Part shown: positions 12,290-27,000 of the stretch, piece by piece
Numbering within the stretch: the first letter of the stretch is position 1
Layout: each line of letters opens with the position of its first letter
Assembly (NCBI RefSeq): GCF_963921235.1
Contig: NC_086106.1
Coordinates: forward strand, 21,204,001 to 21,268,000
Direction of reading: 5' to 3'
From: Mobula hypostoma
Taxonomy: Eukaryota
DNA length: 64,000 bases
Notes under the pieces: generated by a model
The model's input: only the letters and a program-made list of their open reading frames with translations
The model's database searches: none
Told to the model about the DNA's origin: nothing
Made by a program: the position numbers and the translations under genes

Positions 12290-13850
12290 GAGTCGATTAG
12301 GGAGCTTAAGGTAAAAGAACACTTAGGAGCAAGTGATCACTTTGTGATTGAGTTCAACTTGTAATTTTGATAAGGAAGAAGGAAATTCTTTATGTTCTTG
12401 TTGTCCACGGGAATGGTACCGGAGGATTGGAGGGAGACCAATTTTGTTACCTTGTTCAAAAAAGGTAGTAGGGATAGTCCGGGTAATTATAGACCAGTGA
12501 GCCTTACGTCTGTGGTGGGAAAGCTGTTGGAAAAGATTCTTAGAGATAGGATCTATAAGCATTTAGAGAATCATGGTCTGATCAGGGACAGTCAGCATGG
12601 CTTTGTGAAGGGCAGATCGTGTCTAACAAGCCTGATAGAGTTCTTTGAGGAGGTGACTAGGCATATAGATGAGGGTAGTGCAGTGGATGTGATCTATATG
12701 GATTTTAGTAAGGCATTTGACAAGGTTCCACATGGTAGGCTAATGCAGAAAGTTAGAAGGCATGGGATCCAGGGAAGTTTAGCCAGGTGGATTCAGAATG
12801 GGCTTGCCTTCAGAAGGCAGAGGGTGGTGGTGGAGGGAGTACATTCAGATTGGAGGATTTTGACTAGTGGTGTCCCACAAGGATCTGTTCTGGGACCTCT
12901 AATTTTCGTGATTTTTATTAAGGACCTGGATATGGGGTTAGAAGGGTGGGCTAGCAAGTTTGCAGACGACACAAAGGTTGGTGGTGTTGTAGATAGTGTA
13001 GAGGATTGTCAAAGATTGCAGAGAGACATTGTTAGGATGCAGATGTGGGCTGAGAAGTGGCAGATGGAGTTCACCCGGAGAAGTGTGAGGTTGTACACTT
13101 TGGAACGACGAACTCCAAGGCAGAGTGCAAAGTAAATGGCAGGATACTTGGTAGTGTGGAGGAGCAGAGAGATCTCGGGGTACATGTCCACAGATCCCTG
13201 AAAGCTGCCTCTCAGGTGGATAGGGTAGTTAAGAAAGCTTATGGGGTGTAAGCTTTCATAAGTCGAGGTATAGAGTTTAAAAGTCGCGATGTAATGATGC
13301 AGCTCCATAAAACTCTGGTTAGGTCACAGTTGGAGTACTGTTTCCAGTTCTGGTCACCTCACTATAGGAAGGATATGTGAAGCATTGGAAAGGGTACAGA
13401 GGAGATTTACCAGGATGCTGCCTAGTTTGGAAAGCATGCATTATGATCAGAGATTGAGGGAGCTAGGGCTTTACTCTTTGGAGAGGAGGATGAGAGGAGA
13501 CATGATGGAGGTGTACAAGATAATGAGAGGAATAGATAGAGTGGATAGCCAGCGCCACTTCCCCAGGGCACCACTGCTCAATACAAGAGGACATGGCTTT
13601 AAGGTAAGGGATGAGAAGTTCAAGGGGGATATTCGAAGAAGATTTTTTACTCAGGGAGTGGTTGGTGCTTGGAATACACTGCCTGAGTCAGTGGTGGAGG
13701 CAGATACACTAGTGAAGTTTAAGAGACTACTAGACAGGTATATGGAGGAAACTAAGATGGGGGCTTATATGGGAGGCGGGGTTTGAGGATCAGCGCAGCA
13801 TTGTGGGCCGAAGGGCCTGTACTGTGCTGTACTATTCTATGTTCTATGTT
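12290..13850 (+). mobile_element. Second CR1 copy (RT and 3' end), closely similar to ~10395-11830
   Basis: ORFs 12392-13135, 13057-13251 and 13385-13786 are frameshifted pieces nearly identical to the preceding copy. Confidence 0.92.
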
Positions 13851-14315
13851 CTAAAATCGAACTTTATAGCTACCCTGCCCCATGTTCCACTTACCTTTAC
13901 GCTTCTGAGCAAAATGTGCTTCAATTCAAACACTATAAGCTTCTGGCAATATACTTTCCTTCCGTTCAATTCGAAAAAAAGACATTTGATATAATAAATA
14001 TTCAGATGCCAATTAACTCAAAAGCTTCAACACAGAACGTCGAGGCACTCGTTCCTAGGGCATTTCCGCACTCACTTTTGTCAGCTGTATTTTCAAATTT
14101 CATCATGGGCGTCAAAAGTCCATCGTACCTGCTTTATGGTTCAGTGCCTGCTGGTATGGCTTGCCTCTGAATATAACGATTCAACTGTACTTGAACCCGT
14201 TATCTTTCCAATTGTGGCAGAGTTTATATTTCAGTCGTTTACTTTACATCACTGGAAGTAAACAGACTTTGAGAAAAAGGTGAAAGATATTTAAAAGGTG
14301 TCTCTCTCTCGGGGT

Positions 14316-14561
14316 AACTGTGTTTATCGCTCTGGCTGCTGTACACATTACAATATGCTGACCGGTGTACTTGAAGGTGTATAATACAGGAATATGTTGA
14401 GTTCTCTCTCTGTGACCGAACAATAAACGCGGATTCTTGTGTAAACCGAAATCCACTTTGTACCATGACGCCTCAAGGTGGATTGACATGCTTTATGATT
14501 TATCCCTCGATGCAGTTCATCCGAATAGATAGAAGTGCTACCGGAAAATATCGCGTTGTTC
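14316..14561 (-). pseudogene. Candidate decayed V exon
   Basis: Acceptor at 14562-14564; SIRMNC, then frameshifted SWYK...NPRLLF, then a terminal Cys followed by CACAGTT (14316-14322). Nonamer poor; Trp-to-Cys spacing short. Confidence 0.25.
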
Positions 14562-15129
14562 CTGTGTACAGGTATAAAGGAGACCTTTACAGAGCAGATG
14601 CTACCTCACACGGCCGACCCAAGGTATCTACGATATCCAATTGCTTAACTAAGTTCTTCTACAGTTCGCCAGGTACGCCGAATGGAACAGATGCTTTTGG
14701 AGAATTTATCCTCGTGAACGGTGCTCTCACATCAGTCCTGTTTCTTGCTTGTTTACCATGCTATTGAATTCATCAGCTGCTCGCGTGACTTATGCATTTG
14801 GTGGTATGCAAATACCGAAGTCAAATGAGCACTTGATGGTTACAATATAGTAGTAAACAAACAGGAAACTAGATTGATGTAAGAGCATTGGTCTCTGTAG
14901 GTAGAACGGTCGTCAATTTATCCTTAGATTTTGAAGATGCGTCCTAGCATCTTAACGAGTTTATCATGAAGCTGAGATCATCGACTTTCTTTTCCTATGC
15001 TGCCGGTGGATGGAGAGCTACGCGGGCTTGAGCGCCGGGTCTATTGTGTGCATTTGAAAGATGCGACAGTGATTTTATCTTTCTAAACCATGTCGGCACG
15101 TTATTTTTATTTCGAACTAAAGACCCCAC

Positions 15130-18100
15130 CTCTCCCATAAGACCATAAGACAAAGTATCGGAACTAGCCCAATGCGCAAACCAAATCTATTCCGCCAGTC
15201 TATCATGTCGGGTTCATTATCCCGCTCAAAACAATTCTCCTGACTTCTCCCCGTAACTCTGGACTCCTTGCTCATGAATAATCTGTTAAGCTCTTATTTA
15301 AATATACATTGATTTCGAGGCCCTCACAAGAGTCTGTGGCAATGAATTCCGCAGACACCCGACTCTGTGGCTAATACAATTCCTCTTTATCTCCATTGTA
15401 ACGTGACATGTTCTATTCTGAGGTCGTACCCTCTGTTCCTCGAATGTTCCACCGTTGGGAATATCCTTTCCGTGTCCACTTGATCTGGCCCTGTCAATAT
15501 TTGGTAGGTACCAATGGGAACCCATTCATTCCTCCGAACTCCAGCAAGCATCGGCCTAAGGCTAGCAAACATTCTCAAACGTTAACTTTGTAATTAACCG
15601 ATTATTCTCGTGAAATTCCCAGGACCATCACCAACGTCAGTACATCCTTTCTTAAACAAAGGGTCCTAAACTGGTTTAATCACTCACAGTGAGATTTTAC
15701 CTATTCCTTCTGAAGCCGCAACATTACACACTTCCTTTTATAATGTCGCCCTTTTGAAATGAATACTAACATTGCAGTTCTCTCCCGACAACCATCTCAA
15801 CCTGCACGTTAACATTTACGGTTACATGCACAATGACTCCAAAATCCCTTTTGCATTTTTGATTTCTGATTTTTTTTTCACACCAGTAGGAGGTTGTCTA
15901 TGGCTTTACCCCTTCTTCCACAGTGTATGACCATACATTTCCCTACATTATATTGCATCCGTCACTTCATTATCAATATACCTACAACGTCATCTAACGT
16001 TGTATCGTGGGAAAACCTTGTGACAAGGCCATGAATTCTCTCATGAAAAATGGAGCATTGAACTTAGAACAGTGCAGCACAGCAGCAGATCATTCTGACC
16101 ACAATGTTATGACAAAACTTATTTTTACACCTACAAATAGTCCATATTTTTCTCGTTCGCTCGCATTCCGGTACTTATATAAATGTTTATTTAATTTTCC
16201 GAATATATCCGCCTCTGCATCGACCCCAGGCAGCGCATTATAGACACCCAGCACTCCCTGTTAAAAAAAAAAGCACAAGAACAACAACAACATCAACAAC
16301 GGTTTGTCCCTCACATTTCCTTTGCAATGAAGCCTTGTCTCCTTGAAAGCGTGACCTTTTGTAATAGATATTTCAAGCTGGATAAAATGATACTCTCTAA
16401 ATAATCTCTGTATGCCTCCCATCATCTTATAAACCTCCATGAGATCTCATATCATGCTCCCCCTGTCCACAGAAAACAGCGCCGTCTTGTTAGAGCATAT
16501 GGCTTCTAATCTAGGCAGCATCCCCGCAAATCTCTTCTACCTCTTCTCCAAATCCTTGGTAACATCTATGCAATGCAGCGATCACTACTGTATGATTTAT
16601 CCCGGATGCGCCTAACAATAGTTGATAACGTTGAGTAATATATGCTGTTCACTTTTGGACACAGTGCTGCGACTACTAAAGGCAGTCATTTTGTGTTACA
16701 TTCTAAACAGTCTACCAACCTGTGCAGTCACTTTCACGGATCTATGAATTTAGAATACAATATCCCTCCGCTCCTCAGCACTATTAATGATACACCCCTC
16801 CCCCCCCCCCCCGCCCTTTAACAATGCACTGCCTATCTATGTTTGAGCTGCCAAGTTGCAACAATCCATGTTGGGCCGTGTTAAACCTCTCGAGCTATTT
16901 ATCCGACCATATTTGGGACTGCTCTATATCCCACTGTATTATCTGTCAGACCGAACACTATCCATAACACGTCCGATCCTTATACCATTTGCAATCATAC
17001 TAACTCATCAATATACATTTCCATTCGGGCATTTATATATACACGAACAATGCCAGTAGTCCATCCAGCCACAACCATTACATTGTAGTTCTATGGACCA
17101 GTCATTTCTTAATCCAAGTAGTCTGTTCACAATGGATTCTATGAATGATAATCTTCTGGATAACTTTCCCTAGAAGGATCTTTTCTAATTAGTAATACAA
17201 TCCATATTGATAATATCCACACTCTACCTTCAACTAACACAATCGTAACGTCAACGAAACACTTTGTCAAATGTGTAAGGCACAACTGTTCCGTACAATG
17301 TCATCCCGTCTCTCCTTAACTAGGGCATGTTTCTTTTATTTCCAGATTGGCGTTAGCCTTCCCACTAAAATCCCTTCAATAACTTCCGTACCACTGACAT
17401 AAGACTCAACTGTCTGTACTTTCCAGAATTATGCTTGGATCCCTTCTTGATTCATGCAACAATATTAACTACTGGGAAATCTTGTGGGAGCTCACCTGTG
17501 GCTAGGGGAAATAGGAACATATTTCTGAAAGCTCCTGCAATCTCGTCATTTGCTTCCTTTAAAACCATGGCCCTTCATGGTCCTTCCTTACAATCCTAAA
17601 TTACTTCTTCAGTTGATTTCGGGGTTATTTATAACTCTTAGGGATTCTATCTGATTCTAGGTACGTATACTGTTCATTGTTCTTCTCCACTGATGTCATA
17701 ATCTCTCTCGATATCTGAGCTTCGCTTACGTTGCCATCGTCATCCTTCCCTACGACCGGAACATATTTGCCCTATACTGTATACAGTTGATCTTTATACA
17801 CCTTACATATGTCGAATGTGAATTTGCCCTAAGACAGATATTGCCTGTTAATATTCTCTAGTCTCTGCCAATGATCCTGTAATTTGCCCTGCTTCTGCTT
17901 ACTACTCCCTCCGAAGGTCTATGGTATACTTATCTACAGCTATCGTAACAATTGATGGGTCGTAGTCACTGTTTCGTAACTGTTTGCACACTGAAATGCA
18001 GGTTGCTCTGCAAGGCTCATTACTTAACACCAGTTCCAGAAAAGAGGCTGTTATTATTGTAAAAGCTACATACTAATTGCTGAAACCCGCAATGTCCAGT

Positions 18101-18802
18101 AAAACATGAGATATAGGAACTGAATTAGACCATGATTGTCGATTCTGCTCCGCCATTCCATCATGCCTGATTTATTATTCCGCTCCGTTCAACTTTCCTG
18201 CCTTCTTCCAAAAATCTGACTAATCAAGAACCTATCAACCTGCGTTTTAAATGTAGGCAATGAATTGGCCTACACAGCCGTCTGAAGGGGGAAAAAAAAA
18301 GTGCACATAATCCCAACGCTCTACGAAAATACATTCCTCCTCATCACTACTCTAAATGAACGTTCCCAGTGTTCTGAGGCTGTGCTCTTTGGGCGCCTTC
18401 TACTCTGCTGCAACATCCTTTCCACATCTATTCTTACTGGGATTGTTAGTATTCGACGTATTTCAATTGAAATCGGCCCTCTTTCTTCTAAGCTCCAGCG
18501 ACTACAGGCCCACGCCCATCAGACGCTCCTCATATATTAACCATTCTTTTCCGGCCTCATTCACGTGAGAGTTTGCTAGATGGTATCCATCGACACCACC
18601 TATTTGTATTGCAACGGAGTGCAAAACTGCTACCATTACTTCATGTGCAAATTAACCAATACCTTAAAAATCCTCATAACAGCATACCTGCAGCTATATT
18701 CGAAACCTCCCGGAATTTACACTAACATTGCATTTGACTTCCCAGCAAGTTAACCTTCAGGGGCACCTGCGCAGGACGTTCAATTCCCTTAGCACGGCAT
18801 GC

Positions 18803-18849
<47 letters not shown>

Positions 18850-21400
18850 TCAATTTGATCCCTGCTTAAAAAAAAATGTGTCTGCCTTTAACCCTCTACC
18901 ATGGACAGCACTTCCATACACGATATTCGAACTCTCAGTCCTTTCCCCATTTAAAAAAAAAAATATATTTTATTCCTTCTACAGACTCACTGCTTCCTCA
19001 GGACAATCCTCAGCCGCTTGTCTTCCATCGTCTGCTAACATGAACACAGAACCATCAATTCCGTCATCGAAATCACTTTCCCTTCGGAAGCAATTGTCAC
19101 TGGCTGTCATACAATAACGGCCGACTTTATTCCTATCCTCTGCCTCCTGACAGTCCGCCGATCTTCTGTCCATGCTAGTATCTGTCCTGTAAAAACAGTG
19201 CCTTTTCTATTATTAAGTATCATTTTCAAAGCTCTTTTGAATGTCCAAAAAAAAAACATCCATTGACTATCCTTTGTTTATCTTCAATGTTATTTCCATA
19301 TAGAATTCCAACAGATTTCTCAGTCAGGATTTCCCCTGATGGAAACCATGCTGACGTTGGCTTATTATATCATGTCCATTCAAGTACCCTGAAATTGTAA
19401 AATCTTCCCACGCACCGAAGTCAGAATAATTGGCCGATTAGTCTGCCTATTCCCCTTTTTAAAGAGAGATATGACATTTGTAATTTTCTGCTCCTCCTGA
19501 AGTGTTCCAGAATCAAGTATTTCTTAAACTATCTGTACTAATGCTTTCACAATGTCTGCAGCTACCTATTTCTATCCCTGAGGTGTATTCCCTCTGTGCC
19601 TGTTGGCTTATCTACTTCCATAACTTTCAACTTAATAATAACTACTACATTCACTGTCGGGTATCCTCGGTATCTTCTACACTGACGTTTGACGCAAAAT
19701 CCGTATTAAGTTCGTCCGCCTTTCTATTTTCCCCCATTACTACCGCTCCGGTTTCATATTCGAACGGTCCGATATTCATTCTCGACTCCATTTCACTCGA
19801 TATATACACGAAATAAACATTTTTGCATTATGTTGTATATTGTTGGCATATTCATCTGTCAGCGCTTGTATCATGGCTTTTTTTTTATACGCACACTGCT
19901 AGTTTTTAAAATCCCCACGAATGCTTGGTATATTCCATGACCTTTAATTTCCTTCAGTACTGTATTGGACATCGCCACTCAGCCAGTATTGTGCTATTCT
20001 CTTTTTAGAACGCTTGTTTTACTCTGGAGTGTATATCTCATTTGTGTACAGAATTTATTGCAGAAACATCAGCCATTGCTGGTCTGCCATGATCCCTGCC
20101 AGTGTTAACTTCCAATCAACTTTGGCTTTCATTCCTTTTTAATTCTCTTTACTACACAGTAATACTGTGACATCTAAATTCGGTTTCTCGCTCTTAATCA
20201 GCAGCTGAATACTCCTATAGCATTATCACTATCTCTTTTGGATTCCTTTACTTGAAACTCACCCCTGGATGCCTCAAAATACTACTGCATCTAAACTTAT
20301 TGCACTAAGAACATCACAATTTATATCAGAGAAGTTGAAATTCCCCAGGTCAACAGCTCTGTGGATTTTATTCCATATCTGCCTGCGTCTGTGTCTCTCA
20401 ATGTCCCGGTGTTTACTGCGAGGCAAAGCTGTGAGGTAGAATTGTACCCTTCCTATTTTTGAGTTCAGACAAGCTCTCAATTATGCACACTTGGTTTGCA
20501 TTTGTGACATTATTCCTGATTTGTAGTGCATCCACACCCAATGATGGTTTCCTCTGCTTTACCTACAACCATTCCTACTTGTATATTTCACCTGACCCTG
20601 CCTTAGAAGAGATTCATACAGACTGTAGGCAAATAACGTGAACAAATCTGTCACAACAACGATCACTCACTATTTCACACAATTTGTTTCCTGCCAGTCA
20701 GTCAATCTGCTGCTCATGCTTGTATGGTTCATCTAATACCATGTTCTTCAAACTTGTTTAGTTGTCTGATGCGCGATGCTTGCTAAGTACCTTCCGAATA
20801 TCCAAGTAAACAATAATCACTGACTATTCTTCATCTTCCTGCCTGCTATTTCCTCAAAGAATTCCAACAGATTTTCTATGATATATTTCCCGTTCAAAAA
20901 AAAAACATACTGAGCGGACGTGCTTAGCAAGTACCCGAATCCACATCTTAAGTAACATTGTACCAACCACTGAAACCAGGCTCACTGCCCTACAAATTCC
21001 TATCTTTGCCTCCCTCACTTCTTAATGATTCGAGTGACATTAGGAATTTCCCAATGCTCCGTAACCAATCTAAAATCTACTGATCTTCAGACGTTTTAGC
21101 ATAGCAGGCACCCTCTTCTTCTGATAGCGAATGACATATATTCCTTCACCCACGTCCCCGCACTCTTCAAATGCTGCAGGTGTCTTCAATGGCGCTGTGA
21201 CACAAGATGATTCCGTCTCCCGATAGCTTCCTTACTTGATGTCTGTGTATTTAAATGTTTCAGAATCCTCTAGCTTCCCACGATTTATTTTTTGCTATGT
21301 CGTATCCCTTTTCTTTTGCCTTCATGATGTCTTTGATTTTCCTTGTCAGCCTTATTGTTGCGGTTTCTATTCTCTGCAAGTTTTTACTCTGAACGTTGAG
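15130..21400 (-). mobile_element. Nested, degenerate CR1 fragments
   Basis: CATAAGAC tail repeats at ~15137; minus-strand CR1 RT, endonuclease and 3' UTR similarity in several blocks; boundaries approximate. Confidence 0.7.
18800..18846 (+). repeat. (TGT)n microsatellite
   Basis: Direct reading. Confidence 0.95.
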
Positions 21401-21464
21401 TCACCATTCCAGGATCAATTCCCCAAACCATGTCTGGTACGGGGAAACCGTTCGCTGAACTGCT

Positions 21465-22400
21465 TACGAGGGGTGATTGATGAGCTCGTGGCTTACTTAG
21501 TCAATAACAAAAAAAAAACAACAAAAAAAAACTAGCACATTTACTTATCAAAATAGTCTCCTCCTCCTACATGTAAAAACTTAGTACAGCGGTCGTGGAG
21601 CATAGGTATCCCTTCTTTCTAGAAGTGCTCCACAGCAGGGGTGATTGATAACTTCGTGGCCTAGGGTAGAAGTTGTGAATTTTAGAAAACCTAGCACATT
21701 TACTTTTCAACATAGTCCCCTGCATGTACAACCTTAGTTCAGTGGTCGTGGAGTATACTGATCCCTTCTTTGTAGAAGTGGTCTACAGCAGGAGTGATTG
21801 ATAAGTTCATGGCCTAAGCTAACAGGTGTTCCGCTGATGCCCTATTTCCCCCTCGTATCAACATCGGTTATTTATTTTTTATATGCACTTTATTTCTCTC
21901 ACTATCCTTTTTCTTCCTCTGTCCCTCTGACTATACCCCTTGCCCATCCTCTGGGTCCCACCCCCTCCCCCGTCTTTCTCCCTGAGCCTCTTGTCCCGTG
22001 ATCCTCTCATATCCCCTTTGCCAATCACCTCTCCAGCTCTTGGCTCCATCCCCCTCCTGTCATCTCCTATCATTTTGGATTTCCACACCCCCTCCCACTT
22101 TCAAATCTCTTACTAACTCTTCCGTGAGTTAGTCCTGACGAAGGGTCTCAGCCTGAAACGTCGACTGTACCTCTTCCTTGAGATACTGCCTGGCCTGCTG
22201 CGTTCACCAGCAACTTTGATGTGTGTTGGTTGAAGGAATTGAGTTCTTAACTTTAAACGGTTTGCATAATCACTCAAAGAGTTGACCTGCCCGTGCATAT
22301 AAAAAGAGCGTCCGTGACCTCCAGGTGGCCCACAGCAGGGTTGATTGCTAAGTTCGTGACCTAATGTAGAAGGAAATGAGTTTTACAGCTCTCGCTACAT
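21465..22400 (+). mobile_element. Tc1/mariner-like end with tandemly reiterated ~155-160 bp subunits, interrupted by a Penelope tail
   Basis: TA followed by CGAGGGGTGATTGAT at 21465; unit GGGGTGATTGATAA.TTCGTGGCCTA recurs at ~21470, 21638, 21790 and 22338. Confidence 0.5.
21880..22235 (+). mobile_element. Penelope-like element 3' end
   Basis: GACGAAGGGTCTC.GCCTGAAACGTCGAC...CTGCTGCGTTCACCAGC tail, also seen at ~6990 and inverted at ~62960. Confidence 0.65.
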
Positions 22401-22849
22401 GCACGTTCAGTTCAAATCTTTCAGTAAAAATGCAGAAAGTTTAATTCCTCTCACTACTTGTGTGGTGTTTGTACGTTCCATCTGTGGACTTCCTCCTGGC
22501 TCTCCGGATTCCTCCTACAGTCACACGATGCACCAGTCGGTCAGCTAATATGCCTTTGAATGTTGTCCAGTGAGTAAAGCATGAATTGCTAGGCGGCATG
22601 TCACGATAGGCGGGAAGAGCCAAAACCGCTCTCTATCTCTACAAATAAATAAAGTTGAACAAATATCAAGGCAAGGCCAAGGTGATATTCCGTGTAAACT
22701 TGCAAACAACTTATTAGAGACAAGAATAGAATTAAAAGCATGTCATCGTTTAATAAGATTTTACGGTGGACCACTAGTAATCGAATAGATTTGTAAGAAA
22801 ATGCAAAATATGTTCGGACGTCACAGATTTTTGTTCAATGGTTAATGAA

Positions 22850-23400
22850 GTTACATCTCACAAAGTTCAGTCAGTTTACCAAACGGATTCGCGAGAATAT
22901 GGCGGTGGAAGATAACAGATATCGTGTTTTCCCGCCGTAAATGACGTATAGATTACCCGGTACCTTGGCTAGCGGACGTTTATAGGATCCTCGTAAATTG
23001 TGGAGCAGCACATATCGCCCAAACGGGACGCAAAGTGGAAACCTGCATTAGCAGCACAGGAAGTCTATCGATTTGGGTTACCGGGAGAAATCGGCGGGAG
23101 TAGAACACTGCATTCGGAATGGCTAACGGATTGACTTCGACTGTACAAAACTGTTGTGCTGGGCCAATGATTTTTGGGATTGCCTGGTAAAGGAGGATAT
23201 CACAATAATATTAGACGAAAATAACTATCAAAAACGAAGGTCGTGCTCTAAGTAGGAATTGGAAATCGTTTTTAATCAACGCGGGAGAGGGGAAACCTGA
23301 TTGTATGCGGACTAACCAATCAAGAGTGACGGATTTCGGCGGTATGAACGCCAGTGCACTAGACTTACACAGTTATAAGTCCTGATGAAGACAGCAGAGT
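22850..23400 (+). mobile_element. Penelope-like GIY-YIG endonuclease remnant
   Basis: Decayed VYRI..NCGAAHIAQTGRKVET and AGVEHC motifs. Confidence 0.6.
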
Positions 23401-24094
23401 TTGTCTTCGCAACGTCGGTTATAAGAGGAGGAGGCACAATGAAGGTGTTTACAGAGATGGTGGTGAAACGCAGGCAGAAGGAATAGGTGTAGTTGGGTAC
23501 GGACGAGCTGAGGAAAACGGCCTTTTTCCGTACTGGTTAACTCTCTTTATCATTATATCCATATTGGCTATAAATCTTCTGTATTCCCTCTGGCCTTCTC
23601 AATCACTAAATGCGCACTGTCCCAGTCACCAATGTTAATGATTTCCTGATGATTCCTTGAATCATAGAGCGGTAAATGTGGAAACATTCCTTTCAGCCCA
23701 TCATATAGATTTCCCATGGTCCCCCTAATTTTCATAGCCATTGATGTTGTCTCTGCTGTATAATATTTAATATGTCAGAACACAGGATATACAAATTATA
23801 AGTTGTACATTGAATATAAATCTTTACGTTCTACAATGCACTATACAGTGAAACGACAGTTGATTCCTTCTCTATTTATTCGAAATTATCTTCTATTCAC
23901 TTTACACGAGGCAGAATATACGTTTATTTCGAACCAAAACTTCACTCTATGTATAGTAATACATTGTTCTGTCGTGCAGTGTGTACCAAGCTTCACACTA
24001 GTTTATATCACATTAAGCTTTATTGTTATTTGAAGTCCAGTGAATCTTGTCGCGATTGATGTCACATCCAGCTAACTGCATGATTGTATTACCA

Positions 24095-27000
24095 TAAGAC
24101 CATAAGACAAATTAGCAGAAGTCAGCCATTCGACTCATCGAGTCTCCTCCGCTATTTTATCATGAGCTGACCCATTCTGCCATTTAGTCCCACTCCCCCG
24201 CCTTTTCACCATAACCTTTGATACCCTGGCTAATAAGATATCAATCTCTGCTTTAAATACACCCAATGACTTGACCTCCACTGCCGCCCCTGGCACGCAT
24301 GCTATCTAATCGTACAGGAATGAAGCAAGAAAAATAGGTCTACTCACCCACTTACCTCGTCAAGCAGACGAACTTTTTAAATCGTTAGCTCGTACCGTTA
24401 GCTTTGTGAGCCCTGTTCTTTCTGTCTGTCCGGGCCGATTTGCCAAGGGGATAAAAAGAGATGGTGCCTCGCTCTCACCTCTTCCTGTTACCGTCGAATC
24501 CAGTTGAACGCAAAGCCGTACACTCTGCTACTACTCACTCCGCTGCCCACTGTACAGGGTGGTCTCTTTTTTAAACTCTCTGCGCTGTTATGCCTACGCA
24601 CATTCCTAATGCGCATTCTCGTCCTTCTTGCACTCAAAGAAGTTTTTTTTTTTCAAGCTGCCTTCCTTTAGAATTCAGCTCCCACGCTGCTCTGCTTGAC
24701 CTGATCAAGAAGATCCAAATTCCAGAGATTCACCAGCCTCTGGCTAAAAATAACATTAAAAAAAAAAAAATCTTGGCATCTCTGTTCTGAATGGGCAACC
24801 TTCAACACTTAAGTCATGCTCCCTCGTACTAGACTGCCCATCATGGGAAACAACTTTGCCACTCCCACTCTGTCCATACCTTTCAACATTCGAAATGTTT
24901 CTATGAGGTCTCCCCTCGTTCTTCTAAACTCCAAGAAATACAGTGCAAGAGCGCACAAACTTTCGTCATATGTTAGCCCTCTCATTCCCGGAATCATTCT
25001 AGTAAATCTTCTTTGCACCCTTTCCAACGTGAGCACATCCTTTCTTAAATAAGTAGCCCAAAACTGTCAACAGTACTCCAAGCGAGGTCTTACCAGCGTT
25101 TTATAGAGCTTTAACATCACACCCCTGCTCCTGTACTCTATTCCTCTAGAAATGAATGCTAACATCGCATTCGTCTTTTTCACCACCGAATGAACCTGGA
25201 GATTAACCTTAAGGGTATCCAACGCGAGGGCTCCCAAGTCCCGTTGCATCTTAGAACACTGAATTCTCTCCCTAATTAATTAATAGTCTGCACTTTTATT
25301 TATACTGCCAAAGTGCATAACCATACATTTTCCAGTATTATATTTCATTTGTCACTTCTTCAGAAATTTCTCCAATCTATCGAAGTCTCTCTGAAGACTC
25401 TCTGTTTCCTCAGCACTACCGGCCCCTCAACCTATCTCTAACCATCTCTAACCTATGGCTAACTTAGCCATGAAACCATTCTATTCCATAATCCAATTCG
25501 TTGATGCAGAACGTAATAGAAGCAGCCCTAACACGGATCCTTGTGGAACAACACTGGTAACCGGCTGCCAACCAGAATAGGATCCTTTTATTTCCAATCT
25601 CTGTTTCCTGCCAATCAGCAAACGCCCTATCTACGTATGCAACTTCACCGTAATCCCATGTGCTCTTATCTTGTTAAGCAGCCTCACGTGTGGCGCCTTG
25701 TCAAAGGGCTTCTGAAAATCCAATATACAACATACACTGCATCTCCCTTCTCTAGCCTACTTGTAATTTCCTCAAAAAAATTGTAATAGGTTTGTCAGGC
25801 AGGATTTTCCCTTAAGAAAACCATGCTGAGTTCTGGCTATCTTGTCATATGCCTCAGGTAATCTGTAACCTCATCCTTGACAATCGACTCCAACAACTTC
25901 CCAACAACCGATGTCAAGCTAACATGTCTACAATTTCCTTTTTAGCTTCCTTGCCCGCTTCTTAAACAGCGGAGTAACATTTGCAATCTTCCAGTCCTCC
26001 GAAACTTGCCATAATCTATCGACTGTTGAAAGATCATTGCTAATGCCACCGCAATCTCCACAGCTACTTCCTTCAGACACGAGGGTACATTGCACCATGT
26101 CCGGGAGATTTATCCCCCCCTTGGACTATTCAGATTCCTGAGTACTTTCTCTATCTTATGTGTGACTGCGCACACCTCTCTTCCGTGCCACCCTTGACTG
26201 TCCGGTATACTGCTGATGTCTTCCTCAGTGAAGACTGATGCAAAATACTCTTTCAGTTCCTCCGTCATCTCCTTATCTCTCATTACAATTTCTGCAGCAT
26301 CATTTTTTATCGGTCCTACATCTACTCTAACCTGTCTTTTACTCTTTATATACTAAAAAAATGCTTTTAGTATCCTCTTTGATATTATTTACTAGCTTCC
26401 TTTCATAGTTCATCTTTCCCTCTTAATGACCTTCTTACTTTCCTTATATAATTGTTAAAAATTTCCCAATCCTCTGTCTTCTCAGTAATTTTTGCTTCCT
26501 TGTATGCCCTCTCCTTAGCTTTAACTTTGGTTTTGACTTCTGTGTCAGCCATGGTTGCGTCCTTTTTCCATTGGAAAATGTCTTCTTTTTTGGAATATAT
26601 CTGTCTTGCACCTTTCTCGCTTCTCGCATAAACTCCAGCCACTGCTGCTCTGCCGTCCTTCCCGCTAGTGTCCCTTTCCAGTCAACTATGGCCAGTTCCT
26701 CTCTCATGCCACTGTAATTTTCTTTACTCCACTTAAATACCGACACATCGGATTTCGGCTTCTCTTTTTTTCAAATTTCACAGTGAACTCCATCATGTTC
26801 TGATCACTGCCTCCTAAGGGTTCCTTCATCTCAATCTCTCTAATCACCTCCGGTTCATTACACACTACCCAAACCAGTGCAGCCGATCCCCTAGTGGACT
26901 CAACAACAGGCTGTTCTAAAAAAGCCATCTCGCATACATTCTGGAAATTCTCTCTCTTGAGATCCAGTGCGGATCTGATTTCCCCAATCCTCTCGTGTGT

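Noticed and set aside
14431-14470. GATTCTTGT matching the NAR J nonamer
   Set aside because: The heptamer position reads CATGACG and no J motif follows.
18728-19117. ORF with a poly-cysteine run
   Set aside because: Translation of a (TGT)n microsatellite inside CR1 debris.
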